From positions 1 through 62,761 of the forward strand of contig LRSL01000001.1 in NCBI GenBank assembly GCA_001563335.1: DNA of 62,761 bases, given 5' to 3'. This DNA comes from Candidatus Thorarchaeota archaeon SMTZ1-45 (GTDB taxonomy: Archaea > Asgardarchaeota > Thorarchaeia > Thorarchaeales > Thorarchaeaceae). Each line of letters begins with the position of its first letter. The stretch's first letter is position 1. This document shows positions 17,281-26,165 of this stretch, piece by piece. A program made the position numbers and the translations under genes. The notes below the pieces were generated by a model. That model was not told the DNA's origin. It was given only the letters and a program-made list of their open reading frames with translations, and did not search any database.

Positions 17281-19019
17281 GTAAGCAAACGATTCTCACT
17301 AATGGTCGGGTCTATGACCCAATGAATGGCATAGATGGAGAGATTAAGGACATCTGTATCTCAGATGGTAAGATTGTTGAACGTGTGGAAGGTCCGGCTA
17401 AGAAAATCGACCTCAAGGGGCGTCTTGTAATGGCTGGAGGGGTTGATATGCACTCTCATATTGTTGGTAGTAAGGTTGGCGTTGGCAGAGCCATGTGTCC
17501 TGAAGACCATCGAAAGGATCCAGTGCCAAAGACAAAGAGCACACGTGCTGGTGTTGGTTATACAATGCCTAATTCATACGTTATTGGGTATCGGTATTCT
17601 GCCATGGGCTACACAACTGTAATTGAACCAGCTCTGCCAGCTCTTAAAGCGCTTGGTTCATGGGAGGAGATGGAGGATCTCCATAATCTCGATTCTGGAT
17701 TGCTTCCAATGTTTTGCAACAGCATGATAACATTTCACTATGTGAGAGAAGGAGACCTCAGTGGACTTGCAGCGTATATTGCTTGGGTCCTTCAAAAAGT
17801 TGGTGGTCTTGGTGTCAAGGTTGTAAACCCAGGGGGTACCTATGCATGGGCGCATGGCGTTGACCTTCGAGACCCTGATGGTGAAGTTCCTGGTTGGGGT
17901 ATCACACCTCGCGATATTACAAGAAGTTTATGTCAAGCAGTCGAATCACTAGGGCTTCCTCACATGATGCATTATCACCCAAACAATCTAGGGCGAGTCG
18001 GTAATATCGAAACAACAATTAAGCAGCTCGACTCGGTTCGTGATATCAAAGGATTTAGAGGCCGCAAACACGTTATGCATTTAACACACATGTCGTTTGA
18101 AACGCTTGCTAATGTAGAAGGCGCTGGCACTGAATGGAAAGATATAGCGTCTGGCGGTCTTGAGTTTGCTAAGTACTTCAATAAAAACAAGCACTTCACT
18201 GCTGATCTTGGACAAATTACGTTTGGACCTGCTACGACAATGACTGGAGATGGACCATTTGAGTTCTATCTCTACCAACTCACAGGCGGGAAGTGGACTA
18301 ACATTGCAGTCGATGTTGAACTCCCTGGAGGCGCTGGAATTGTTCCCTATACTTATTCACCAAAGGCCGCTGGTAACTCTGTTCAATGGACAATCCCCCT
18401 TGAGTTTGCTCTGAATGTTGATGATGTGTGGCGCTGTATCATGAGCACAGATCATCCCAATGCTGGGCCATTCACAAAGTACCCTCTTGTAATATCTTGG
18501 TTAATGAGTAAGAAACAACGCGAAATATGGATGGAAGACATGCATAAATTCGCACATGAAAGATCGACTTTACCAACCATTGATAGAGAGTGGAATCTGT
18601 ATGAGATTGCCATCTCTACAAGAGCTGCTCCTGCAAAGATTCTAGGTATTGATTCAACGAAAGGGCATCTTGGTGTAGGAGCAGATGCAGATATTGCTGT
18701 TTATGATGCTGACCCTACAAAAGTTGACTTTGCGAAGGACCCTGAACGTATCATCAAAACCTTCTCAACTTCCTACCTTACTTTCCTACGTGGCCAACAA
18801 GTGTCCAAGAAAGGGGTGGTAAAAGGCACAGAGGAACGAAAAGTATGGTCTCTTCATCCAGAACTGAACGAGTCTCTATGGGAACGAATTAACAAGGAGC
18901 TTGAAGGTCTGATGAATGACTGGTACTCGCATTCCTTCCATAACTATCCTGTTCCTGAGAGATATCGTTCACACTTAGAACAGAAGATTCCTGTTGATTC
19001 AACATCTATACCTGCTTAA
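17277..19019 (+). CDS. fwdA: formylmethanofuran dehydrogenase subunit A (amidohydrolase fold)
   Basis: GGVDMHSH, KVVNPGG, H.NNLG, STDHPNAGPF, GHLGVGADADIA; ATGA overlap with fwdB. Confidence 0.93.
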   Translation: MSKQTILTNGRVYDPMNGIDGEIKDICISDGKIVERVEGPAKKIDLKGRLVMAGGVDMHSHIVGSKVGVGRAMCPEDHRKDPVPKTKSTRAGVGYTMPNSYVIGYRYSAMGYTTVIEPALPALKALGSWEEMEDLHNLDSGLLPMFCNSMITFHYVREGDLSGLAAYIAWVLQKVGGLGVKVVNPGGTYAWAHGVDLRDPDGEVPGWGITPRDITRSLCQAVESLGLPHMMHYHPNNLGRVGNIETTIKQLDSVRDIKGFRGRKHVMHLTHMSFETLANVEGAGTEWKDIASGGLEFAKYFNKNKHFTADLGQITFGPATTMTGDGPFEFYLYQLTGGKWTNIAVDVELPGGAGIVPYTYSPKAAGNSVQWTIPLEFALNVDDVWRCIMSTDHPNAGPFTKYPLVISWLMSKKQREIWMEDMHKFAHERSTLPTIDREWNLYEIAISTRAAPAKILGIDSTKGHLGVGADADIAVYDADPTKVDFAKDPERIIKTFSTSYLTFLRGQQVSKKGVVKGTEERKVWSLHPELNESLWERINKELEGLMNDWYSHSFHNYPVPERYRSHLEQKIPVDSTSIPA

Positions 19020-19034
19020 GTGGCTGGTGGCAGC

Positions 19035-19811
19035 ATGTCTGCTAAGAATCCACTCGAGGACCTCGAGTCTGGATATGAAGGGGTTGGTGAATTCTATGAT
19101 TTGTTCGCAGACAACTCAGATATTCCGTTTTTCCTTGAATATGCTAAAAAGACCGGTTCCCCTATTCTTGATTTAGCAGCAGGTACTGGTAGAGTCACCT
19201 TTGCACTTGCAGAGGAAGGTTTTGAGGTAGTAGCACTGGAACGATCAAAATCGATGCTTTCAGTTGCAAGAAGAAGATTAGAACACTCATCACCTGATAT
19301 ATCCTCTAGGGTTCAAATAATTGAGGGATCTATGAAGGACTTCTCATTGGACCAGAAGTTCTCCCTCATCATCATTCCCAACTCCTTTGGACATTTACTT
19401 ACAAGTGAAGACCAACTCTCAGCACTTCAATGTATCAAGAACCATCTTTTAGATGATGGTATTTTCATCCTTGACCTTTATCCAGGGGCTCATCAATATG
19501 AACAAGCCACATTTGAAGACCCTCCTGCAAGGCTCTCCGATGGTCGCATAGTGAAAAGGTCTGGAGAAATAAAATCCGATTTTACAAGACAGATCATGCG
19601 GGTAGAGCTCCATTATACAATTCAGGATGTAAATGGGAATGTTATTAATACGATTAATGTGGTTTCAGGAGCTGCTCTTATCTTCAATCGAGAGGCAGAC
19701 CTTCTTGTTCGAATGTCCGGCTTGAATAATGAGAATGAATTTGGTGATTTTCAAAAGAATCCTTTCACTCTGGATTCAGGTCGCAGAATATTCATTTTGA
19801 GAAAACGGTGA
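19035..19811 (+). CDS. class I SAM-dependent methyltransferase
   Basis: ILDLAAGTGR motif I, GSMKDFSL, LLDDGIFILD. Confidence 0.88.
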   Translation: MSAKNPLEDLESGYEGVGEFYDLFADNSDIPFFLEYAKKTGSPILDLAAGTGRVTFALAEEGFEVVALERSKSMLSVARRRLEHSSPDISSRVQIIEGSMKDFSLDQKFSLIIIPNSFGHLLTSEDQLSALQCIKNHLLDDGIFILDLYPGAHQYEQATFEDPPARLSDGRIVKRSGEIKSDFTRQIMRVELHYTIQDVNGNVINTINVVSGAALIFNREADLLVRMSGLNNENEFGDFQKNPFTLDSGRRIFILRKR

Positions 19812-19814
19812 TTG

Positions 19815-19842
19815 AGAGAGGCTGAATAAATAGCCCCTCTCT
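19815..19842. terminator. stem-loop between convergent genes
   Basis: AGAGAGG...CCTCTCT inverted repeat just after the methyltransferase stop. Confidence 0.35.
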
Positions 19843-19876
19843 ATGAAAACACATAGGTGAAAGTTTTTGCAGATTA

Positions 19877-21118
19877 TCAACTCACTTGCTCAGGGGGTGG
19901 TAGCTGATCAACTTTTCTTGGTTCCTCTCTGAATGTTACACCATCTTCTGCTTCGAGGCTCTCTGTGTAGAGAACTTCTCCTTCTACATATGCATCTCTC
20001 TCAATATAGATGGTCTTTCCATAGATACTTCCGACACGTGCTCGCTCCTCAATTCTGATGTCTGAACCATAGAGAGAGTCTGTTCTTGCACGTTCGCGGA
20101 TGAGGATTTCATTTGATTCAACGAAACCTCGGACTTCCGCTCTTTTCCCAATTCTGAAACCATCAGTGGCTTTAATGTATTCTGCACGTATCTCTCCACC
20201 AACGATAATCCGAAAAGTATCAATACGTCCTTCTGCTCGTACTGTGCCGCCTACCTTTATTTTTCCATCACTCTTCAGATTTCCGCCTATTGCAGCAGTC
20301 CCACCAACATCGAGTCCTTCAGAAACCTCCAAGTCACCTTCTGTCTTTACAGTTCCACCAACCTCAATCAATCTGCCCGTTGCATTTCCATTAATTTTCA
20401 CAGTCCCACCAACATTAATCTCACCGAATGTGAAATCACCATCAGCCTTGAACGTTCCACCAATGTCAACAGTGCTGATTTTGGATCCTGGACCAACTTT
20501 TGCGGCACCGCCAACATCAAGGTCTTCAATCTCAATCGCTTCTTCTGCCTTGAAACTTCCTCCAACTGAAACCTTTTTGATTACACCTCGGACTGTTTTT
20601 CCTGAGCCCCCTGCATCAAATTCTTCAGCTTGGATTTTTCCATAGATTCCTACTGATCCACCGCCTGAGATTCTGTCAACATCAACATTACCTTCTATTT
20701 TGACAGAGGCTCCTCCAGTGAGTCTTTGCGCTTTCGCATCGCCTGTGACTTTGATTGATGCACCTGCCTTTGCAGCAACACATTCAAGATTTCCGTCAAC
20801 TCTCAAAGCTGCTCCTACTTCAATATCGCGTGCCTTTGCATCACCATATATGGTAAGACTACCTCTTGGAACACTTGCTGCCTTCTCAACTGTAAGGTTT
20901 CCATGTACAGTGATCTGGTCTCTGCTCTTTGATTCAAGCCGGCCACATTGGAGTGCGCCTTCAATATTAATTTCATCAGCAATTGACAGAGTACCAGTAA
21001 TCAAAATTGTATCTCCCTCGGAAGGTCTGAGAGTCCTGCAGTTACGAATCTCGACATCACCATCGACCTTTCCAAGTTCAACCGTGTCTTCATTTTTGAA
21101 TGATAATCTTTCAGCCAT
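19877..21118 (-). CDS. long bactofilin-like (polymer-forming cytoskeletal) beta-helix protein
   Basis: About 17-aa periodic (V/I)GG(S/T)-x-x-x-x-G repeats through most of the protein; C-terminal IEERARVGSIYGKTIYIERDA.V.GEV.YTE. ATG 21118 follows GGTGA. Confidence 0.65.
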   Translation of the reverse strand: MAERLSFKNEDTVELGKVDGDVEIRNCRTLRPSEGDTILITGTLSIADEINIEGALQCGRLESKSRDQITVHGNLTVEKAASVPRGSLTIYGDAKARDIEVGAALRVDGNLECVAAKAGASIKVTGDAKAQRLTGGASVKIEGNVDVDRISGGGSVGIYGKIQAEEFDAGGSGKTVRGVIKKVSVGGSFKAEEAIEIEDLDVGGAAKVGPGSKISTVDIGGTFKADGDFTFGEINVGGTVKINGNATGRLIEVGGTVKTEGDLEVSEGLDVGGTAAIGGNLKSDGKIKVGGTVRAEGRIDTFRIIVGGEIRAEYIKATDGFRIGKRAEVRGFVESNEILIRERARTDSLYGSDIRIEERARVGSIYGKTIYIERDAYVEGEVLYTESLEAEDGVTFREEPRKVDQLPPPEQVS

Positions 21119-21165
21119 CTTGGCCTTCACCTTGTATATTTCTAATTAAATCCGCTCATTTTTAG

Positions 21166-21207
21166 TATATAAAGCACGGCCACAAATTAGGGTCACAATT
21201 TGTGACT
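21166..21207 (-). promoter_or_regulatory. TATA box plus palindromic operator upstream of the bactofilin-like gene
   Basis: Minus-strand TTTATATA at 21173-21166; palindrome GTCACAA-T-TTGTGAC at 21192-21206; extra CACAAATT half-site at 21181-21188. Confidence 0.5.
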
Positions 21208-21233
21208 ATCTTTAGTACCTCCTTTCAGAGTAC

Positions 21234-21671
21234 TCACATCCCAATGATCGGCTCAGGGATTGGTATTCCAACAAGCCCAGCTAGACGCTTGTATAGCTCC
21301 AAGTATTGATGTCCTCTAACAGTCACTTTGAAAACTGTCATACCATCGTCGTCTTCTTCCTCGAGTAAGCCTCTTTCCAATAATTCAGTAATTGACTCCT
21401 TGGCTCTATCGACAGGCATGTTTGTAGACCGAGCTGCCCGAGTCAGAGGACAAAATCCCCAGATGTAAATAACTCGAAGCAACTCTGCGTAGATGTCATA
21501 TCGAGTCCGCTTCTGAAGTTCTCTCTTTTTTCGTTTCTTCTTCATCGGTTCTTCTGACATCACCTTGTCCTCCACCAGACCTGAGCGAATAAAGATAAGA
21601 ATGTACTGACCCCGGCTGATTCTCGTAATCTCATTAGAACCAATAACCCTTATGACTTGGTAAACATGCAT
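21234..21671 (-). CDS. winged helix-turn-helix transcriptional regulator (archaeal type)
   Basis: KRTRYDIYAELL...LTRAARSTNM...LLERGLL...FKVTVRG..YL. True start probably near 21560-21563. Confidence 0.8.
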   Translation of the reverse strand: MHVYQVIRVIGSNEITRISRGQYILIFIRSGLVEDKVMSEEPMKKKRKKRELQKRTRYDIYAELLRVIYIWGFCPLTRAARSTNMPVDRAKESITELLERGLLEEEDDDGMTVFKVTVRGHQYLELYKRLAGLVGIPIPEPIIGM

Positions 21672-21694
21672 TGAGCTATTGAGTCGGAGCCACT

Positions 21695-22432
21695 ATGATT
21701 CGTTGCATATACATTATCAAAAGGGATGGTGACCCTCTTCATGGACGTTCATTTGAAGATGATACATGCCTGAATCTTGACGCCTTGCCATCGTATGTTC
21801 GCAACGCTGTGGTAATGATGCAGTCCAGTTCAAGCACTTCTTCTGATAGAGTTTATACTCTCGAGTTTGATGGTTCACTCTGGGCATATTCCTTCTTTCA
21901 CTCCTTTGCATTGATATCGTTAGCATCAAAGGACCAGTCCATGTCCCAATTGAAGAACATAATGTCATCTCTTGGAAGAGCAATCGCACATCAATTTGGA
22001 GACCTAGTAGAATCATGGAGTGGCACCATGAGTGATATTGTTGATGTAAACTCTCTTATTGACAACTATGTGGCGCTTGATCTTGACCGTCCATCGAAAA
22101 AGGTCTTGAAGGTGATTGATGGACTTGTCAGTAAGGCTCTAAAACAACCGGAGATTGCTTTTGTTGGCATATTCGACTCGGAGGGTGATATGATAAGTGG
22201 TACTGTACCAGATCTTTATCTTTTCAGGATCCAAGTAGAAATCTCACAGGGTGTGATTAAGCCGGTTATGGACATTGTTCCGTCTACAATTAAAGCTGGA
22301 GATCATACTCTACAGATGTTTAATGTCAACTCTCTCACCGTTGTAGTTGCATCTCAACCTGGTGAGAGTAATCTACATGCTATTAGTACCGTCGGTGAGA
22401 TCGCACACGCGCTAAATGAGAAGCTGTCGTAG
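21695..22432 (+). CDS. longin-domain plus roadblock/LAMTOR-like domain fusion protein (eukaryotic-signature protein)
   Basis: N-terminus MIRCIYIIKRDG.PL..RSF is typical of longin/AP-sigma starts. C-terminal helix-EIAFVGIFDSEG-strands-helix fits a roadblock topology. Confidence 0.65.
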   Translation: MIRCIYIIKRDGDPLHGRSFEDDTCLNLDALPSYVRNAVVMMQSSSSTSSDRVYTLEFDGSLWAYSFFHSFALISLASKDQSMSQLKNIMSSLGRAIAHQFGDLVESWSGTMSDIVDVNSLIDNYVALDLDRPSKKVLKVIDGLVSKALKQPEIAFVGIFDSEGDMISGTVPDLYLFRIQVEISQGVIKPVMDIVPSTIKAGDHTLQMFNVNSLTVVVASQPGESNLHAISTVGEIAHALNEKLS

Positions 22433-22473
22433 CAGTTTTATTTGGGTCTTATGTATTCATCAAATGGGTGTGA

Positions 22474-23163
22474 TTGTTTTTGGTTAGTCCTGAAAGAGCA
22501 ATCTTTGACGCTGAAGAATTGATAAACCAGGCAATTTGGAGGGGCACCTACGATCAAGACTTCAAGAGTGAGCTTACTCTATGTTCTGAGGCAAAAATCA
22601 TTCTAGAAGGGCTTTCGAATCTTGACCCTATTTTAGAGAAGCATAGACGGCGGGCTCTATCTCAATGTCTTTTGAGAATTGATCATGCCTATGTTGGATT
22701 GGGAGATCATGAATGGACCATAGACCGAGCCACCGAAGCTCTAACACTTGCAGAAACCTCTGGAAGTGCAGTACAGATTGCTAGAGCCCTATTATCCTTG
22801 GGAAATGGCTTCCTACACGCTGGAGATATTGTCAACGCTGAACGTCAATGGGTGAGGCTCCTTTTACTTGCTGAGGAATACACCAAAGATAGAGAGATGC
22901 AAAATGTTGTCGGCTTGACCTTAATTGTTAGAGGTCATGTATTGAATGGAAAAGGCCTCTATGATCAGGCAGCACGTGTCTTAGAGGATGCCTACGCAAC
23001 ATTGGTGGATGTTGGTGATTATTTTGGATGTGCATCAGCATGTGATCTTTTATCTGAGGTGTATTTGAAATTAGATGCACCTGATAAGGCTGAAACTTAC
23101 AAATCAAAGGCTGAAGAGTGTAAAACTAGAATAAGAAACCAACCAAATCCATATGACCCATAG
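22474..23163 (+). CDS. TPR-like alpha-helical repeat protein
   Basis: Repeated A..L..LG......G....A......A patterns. Confidence 0.7.
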   Translation: MFLVSPERAIFDAEELINQAIWRGTYDQDFKSELTLCSEAKIILEGLSNLDPILEKHRRRALSQCLLRIDHAYVGLGDHEWTIDRATEALTLAETSGSAVQIARALLSLGNGFLHAGDIVNAERQWVRLLLLAEEYTKDREMQNVVGLTLIVRGHVLNGKGLYDQAARVLEDAYATLVDVGDYFGCASACDLLSEVYLKLDAPDKAETYKSKAEECKTRIRNQPNPYDP

Positions 23164-23219
23164 TACGACGAAAGACACAAGTATCACACGTGGGTGTTCG
23201 ACAAGATTGAGGTCTTCAT

Positions 23220-23831
23220 ATGCTTATTGTTGGTATTTGTGGTTCTCCCAAAAATGAACGGTCAAACACACGTTTTCTGCTTGAAAAAGCACTTGAAGCT
23301 GTTTCTGATAGTCAAACGATCTTGCTAAACATCATTGACTTCAACATTCTCCACTGCACTGGTTGTGACTCCTGTGTTCGAAAGAAGCCATGTCCTCAGA
23401 GCGAGAAGGATGACATGCGTACGATTGAGAAGAAACTCATTGATGCGGATGCAATCATAATTGCTGCTCCTTCATACTTCACATCAGTGCCAGGAGTTCT
23501 CAAGGACTTCATCGATAGGTCTCGAGCCATGAAAATGAACGACCATCTACTGAAAGACAAGGTCTTTGGTGCAATCACCTATGCTGGACTCAGATATGGG
23601 GGACAGGAACATGTGATTGATGTTTTGAATCGTTATGCGTTAGGTCAGGGAATGATTGTAGTTGGGAGTGTTGGAAGTCCGGTGAAACATGGTACATTTG
23701 GCTCAGGAAGTCTTCAAACAGATGATGGATCCTGGAGATCTGCAAAGGATGATGACTTAGCAGTGAAAGGCAGTGTGCTCCTTGGACAGAGAGTAGCGGA
23801 GATTGCCACACGTCTACGAAACTCAGGTTGA
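23220..23831 (+). CDS. iron-sulfur flavoprotein / multimeric flavodoxin family
   Basis: GICGSP..., CTGCDSC...CP, DADAII.AAPSYF, LKDFIDR, RYGGQE. Confidence 0.9.
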   Translation: MLIVGICGSPKNERSNTRFLLEKALEAVSDSQTILLNIIDFNILHCTGCDSCVRKKPCPQSEKDDMRTIEKKLIDADAIIIAAPSYFTSVPGVLKDFIDRSRAMKMNDHLLKDKVFGAITYAGLRYGGQEHVIDVLNRYALGQGMIVVGSVGSPVKHGTFGSGSLQTDDGSWRSAKDDDLAVKGSVLLGQRVAEIATRLRNSG

Positions 23832-24389
23832 ATGAATATGATCACAAGGCTTGTTCAGATATACACTGGAAATGGAAAGGGAAAGACTACGTGCGCACTT
23901 GGTTCAGGACTTAGGGCAGCAGGACATGGACTTGAGGTCCTCATGATTTCCTTCATGAAGGCTAAAATTGCAGTAAGAGATGGAACTGAGGATATCAATT
24001 ATGGCGAATTCAGGAGTACTGAGCTGATACCAAATTTCACAATCATACCCGTTGGTAGAGAAACCTTCGTTGACAAAGACAATCCTGACCCTATTGATAT
24101 TGAGATGGCACAAGATGGACTTCGTCTTGCAAAAGAAGCAATTCAAAATAAGAAATATGATATCTTGATTCTTGATGAGATCAATGTCGCTGTCGAATGG
24201 AATCTCATCTCCCTTCATGATCAATTGGAACTCATTAGCAAGAAACCTAAAGAAATGGAACTAATAATGACCGGGCGTTATGCTCGACAAGAGGTCTTGG
24301 ATGCCGCAGATCTTGTGACTGAAATGAAAGAAGTGAAGCACTATTACAAAGACAATAAGGTTCAGGCTCGAAAAGGATTTGAGTATTAA
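23832..24389 (+). CDS. cobO: cob(I)yrinic acid a,c-diamide adenosyltransferase
   Basis: QIYTGNGKGKTT, LILDEIN, ELIMTGR, ADLVTEM..VKH, ARKGFEY. Confidence 0.92.
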   Translation: MNMITRLVQIYTGNGKGKTTCALGSGLRAAGHGLEVLMISFMKAKIAVRDGTEDINYGEFRSTELIPNFTIIPVGRETFVDKDNPDPIDIEMAQDGLRLAKEAIQNKKYDILILDEINVAVEWNLISLHDQLELISKKPKEMELIMTGRYARQEVLDAADLVTEMKEVKHYYKDNKVQARKGFEY

Positions 24390-24464
24390 TCGCCATCATG
24401 AATCGAACAGTTAATATTCTGAACTTTTTTGGGACACTTGTTATATGATATGGAGAAGTTCCTG

Positions 24465-26144
24465 ATGGTTGATGACGCATCCAAGAAAATCGCTGGGGCC
24501 CGGAAGAGTTGGGAGAAGAACACACTTACCCCTCATCAATCAAATCACCCTGATCTTAGGGAGGAGTTTGTCACAACTTCTAGCAAACCTGTGAAAGATC
24601 TCTACACTCCTCTTGACCTCCCGGATTTTGATTATATGAAGGACTTGGGATTCCCAAGTGAATATCCTTTCACCCGTGGTGTTCAGCCTACAATGTATCG
24701 TGGCAGGCTTTGGACCATGCGGCAGTTCGCAGGGATGGGGTCAGCTGAGGAAACTAATGAGCGTTTCAAGTTCCTTCTAGCCAATGGCCAAACCGGACTT
24801 AGCGTTGCTTTTCATCTTCCTACAATATTTGCAAGAGACTCAGACCATCCATTCTCTCATGGTGAGGTTGGCAAGCTTGGTGTTGCTGTTGATACTCTGA
24901 AGGACATGGAACTTCTATTTGATGGAATTCCCTTGGACCAAGTCACTACATCAATGACCATCAATGCTCCTGCGTCGATCCTTCTCGCAATGTACATGGT
25001 TGCAGCTGAGAAACAAGGTGTTTCCTCTCATCAGATTGGCGGAACCATTCAGAATGACCTGCTGAAAGAGTACATGGCTCAGAAGTCTTGGATTCTTGCT
25101 CCAGGGCCTTCACTAAGAATAGTCGGAGATATCATGGAATATGCAACGAAGAATATACCTCGCTGGAACACAATCTCAATTTCTGGATACCACATCCGAG
25201 AAGCTGGATCCACTGCAGTTCAAGAATTGGCATTCACATTGCTCAACGGTATGGAGTATGTAAAGCTGGGAATTAGTCATGGATTGGATGTTGATTCCTT
25301 TGCCCCTCGACTATCATTCTTCTTCAACGCTCATAATGACATCTTTGAGGAAGTTGCCAAATATCGAGCCGCTCGTCGCATCTGGGCTCGGGAGATGAAG
25401 GAAACCTTTGGAGCCAAGGAAGAGAGGTCTCTCTGGATGCGCTTTCATACTCAGACTGCAGGATGCTCACTCACCGCACAACAACCAATGGTCAATGTTG
25501 TGAGAACAGCCTACCAAGCGCTTGCTGCTGTGCTTGGGGGCACTCAGTCTTTACACACTAACTCGATGGATGAAGCTCTGTGCCTTCCCACAGAGGAGGC
25601 GGTTCGAGTTGCATTGAGGACACAGCAGATTATTGCTCATGAAAGTGGTGCCGCCAATACAATTGATCCACTCGCGGGCTCTTACTTTATAGAAGCACTT
25701 ACCAACGAGATGGAGGAGGAAGCCTACAAGTACTTCGAGAAAGTGGAAACCCTCGGTGGAGTCATTGAAGCTATTGAGAAGGGTTTCTTCCAAAAGGAAA
25801 TTGCAGATGCCTCATACCGCTACCAAAAAGAGATTGAGAGTGGTGATCGAACAATAGTTGGTGTCAACGATTTTATACTTGAAGGCGAAAAAATCACTAT
25901 CCCAGTCCTGAAGATTGACGAGGAAGTAGAACGTCGCCAGATTGAACGCACTCAAAAGATTAGGAAGAGTCGGGATAACAAGAAGGTCAAGAACGCTCTG
26001 GATGGACTCCGAAAAGCATCAGAAAGCGATGAGAATGTTATGCCTCACATTGTGAATGCAGTCCGAGAGTATGCAACAATTGGTGAGATATTCGAGGTCT
26101 GGCGTGAACTCTGGGGAGAATGGGACGAACCCAAAATATTCTGA
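24465..26144 (+). CDS. B12-dependent acyl-CoA mutase large subunit, isobutyryl-CoA-mutase-like
   Basis: [13 protein letters not shown] (Phe), [14 protein letters not shown] (Gln), [21 protein letters not shown]; no B12 domain. Confidence 0.85.
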   Translation: MVDDASKKIAGARKSWEKNTLTPHQSNHPDLREEFVTTSSKPVKDLYTPLDLPDFDYMKDLGFPSEYPFTRGVQPTMYRGRLWTMRQFAGMGSAEETNERFKFLLANGQTGLSVAFHLPTIFARDSDHPFSHGEVGKLGVAVDTLKDMELLFDGIPLDQVTTSMTINAPASILLAMYMVAAEKQGVSSHQIGGTIQNDLLKEYMAQKSWILAPGPSLRIVGDIMEYATKNIPRWNTISISGYHIREAGSTAVQELAFTLLNGMEYVKLGISHGLDVDSFAPRLSFFFNAHNDIFEEVAKYRAARRIWAREMKETFGAKEERSLWMRFHTQTAGCSLTAQQPMVNVVRTAYQALAAVLGGTQSLHTNSMDEALCLPTEEAVRVALRTQQIIAHESGAANTIDPLAGSYFIEALTNEMEEEAYKYFEKVETLGGVIEAIEKGFFQKEIADASYRYQKEIESGDRTIVGVNDFILEGEKITIPVLKIDEEVERRQIERTQKIRKSRDNKKVKNALDGLRKASESDENVMPHIVNAVREYATIGEIFEVWRELWGEWDEPKIF

Positions 26145-26165
26145 CTACAAATTCCATCAAATTAA

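Noticed and set aside
19877-21118. Beta-helix protein as the missing FwdC
   Set aside because: Opposite strand, longer, and lacks the G..M.GG.I.V.G repeat of FwdC.
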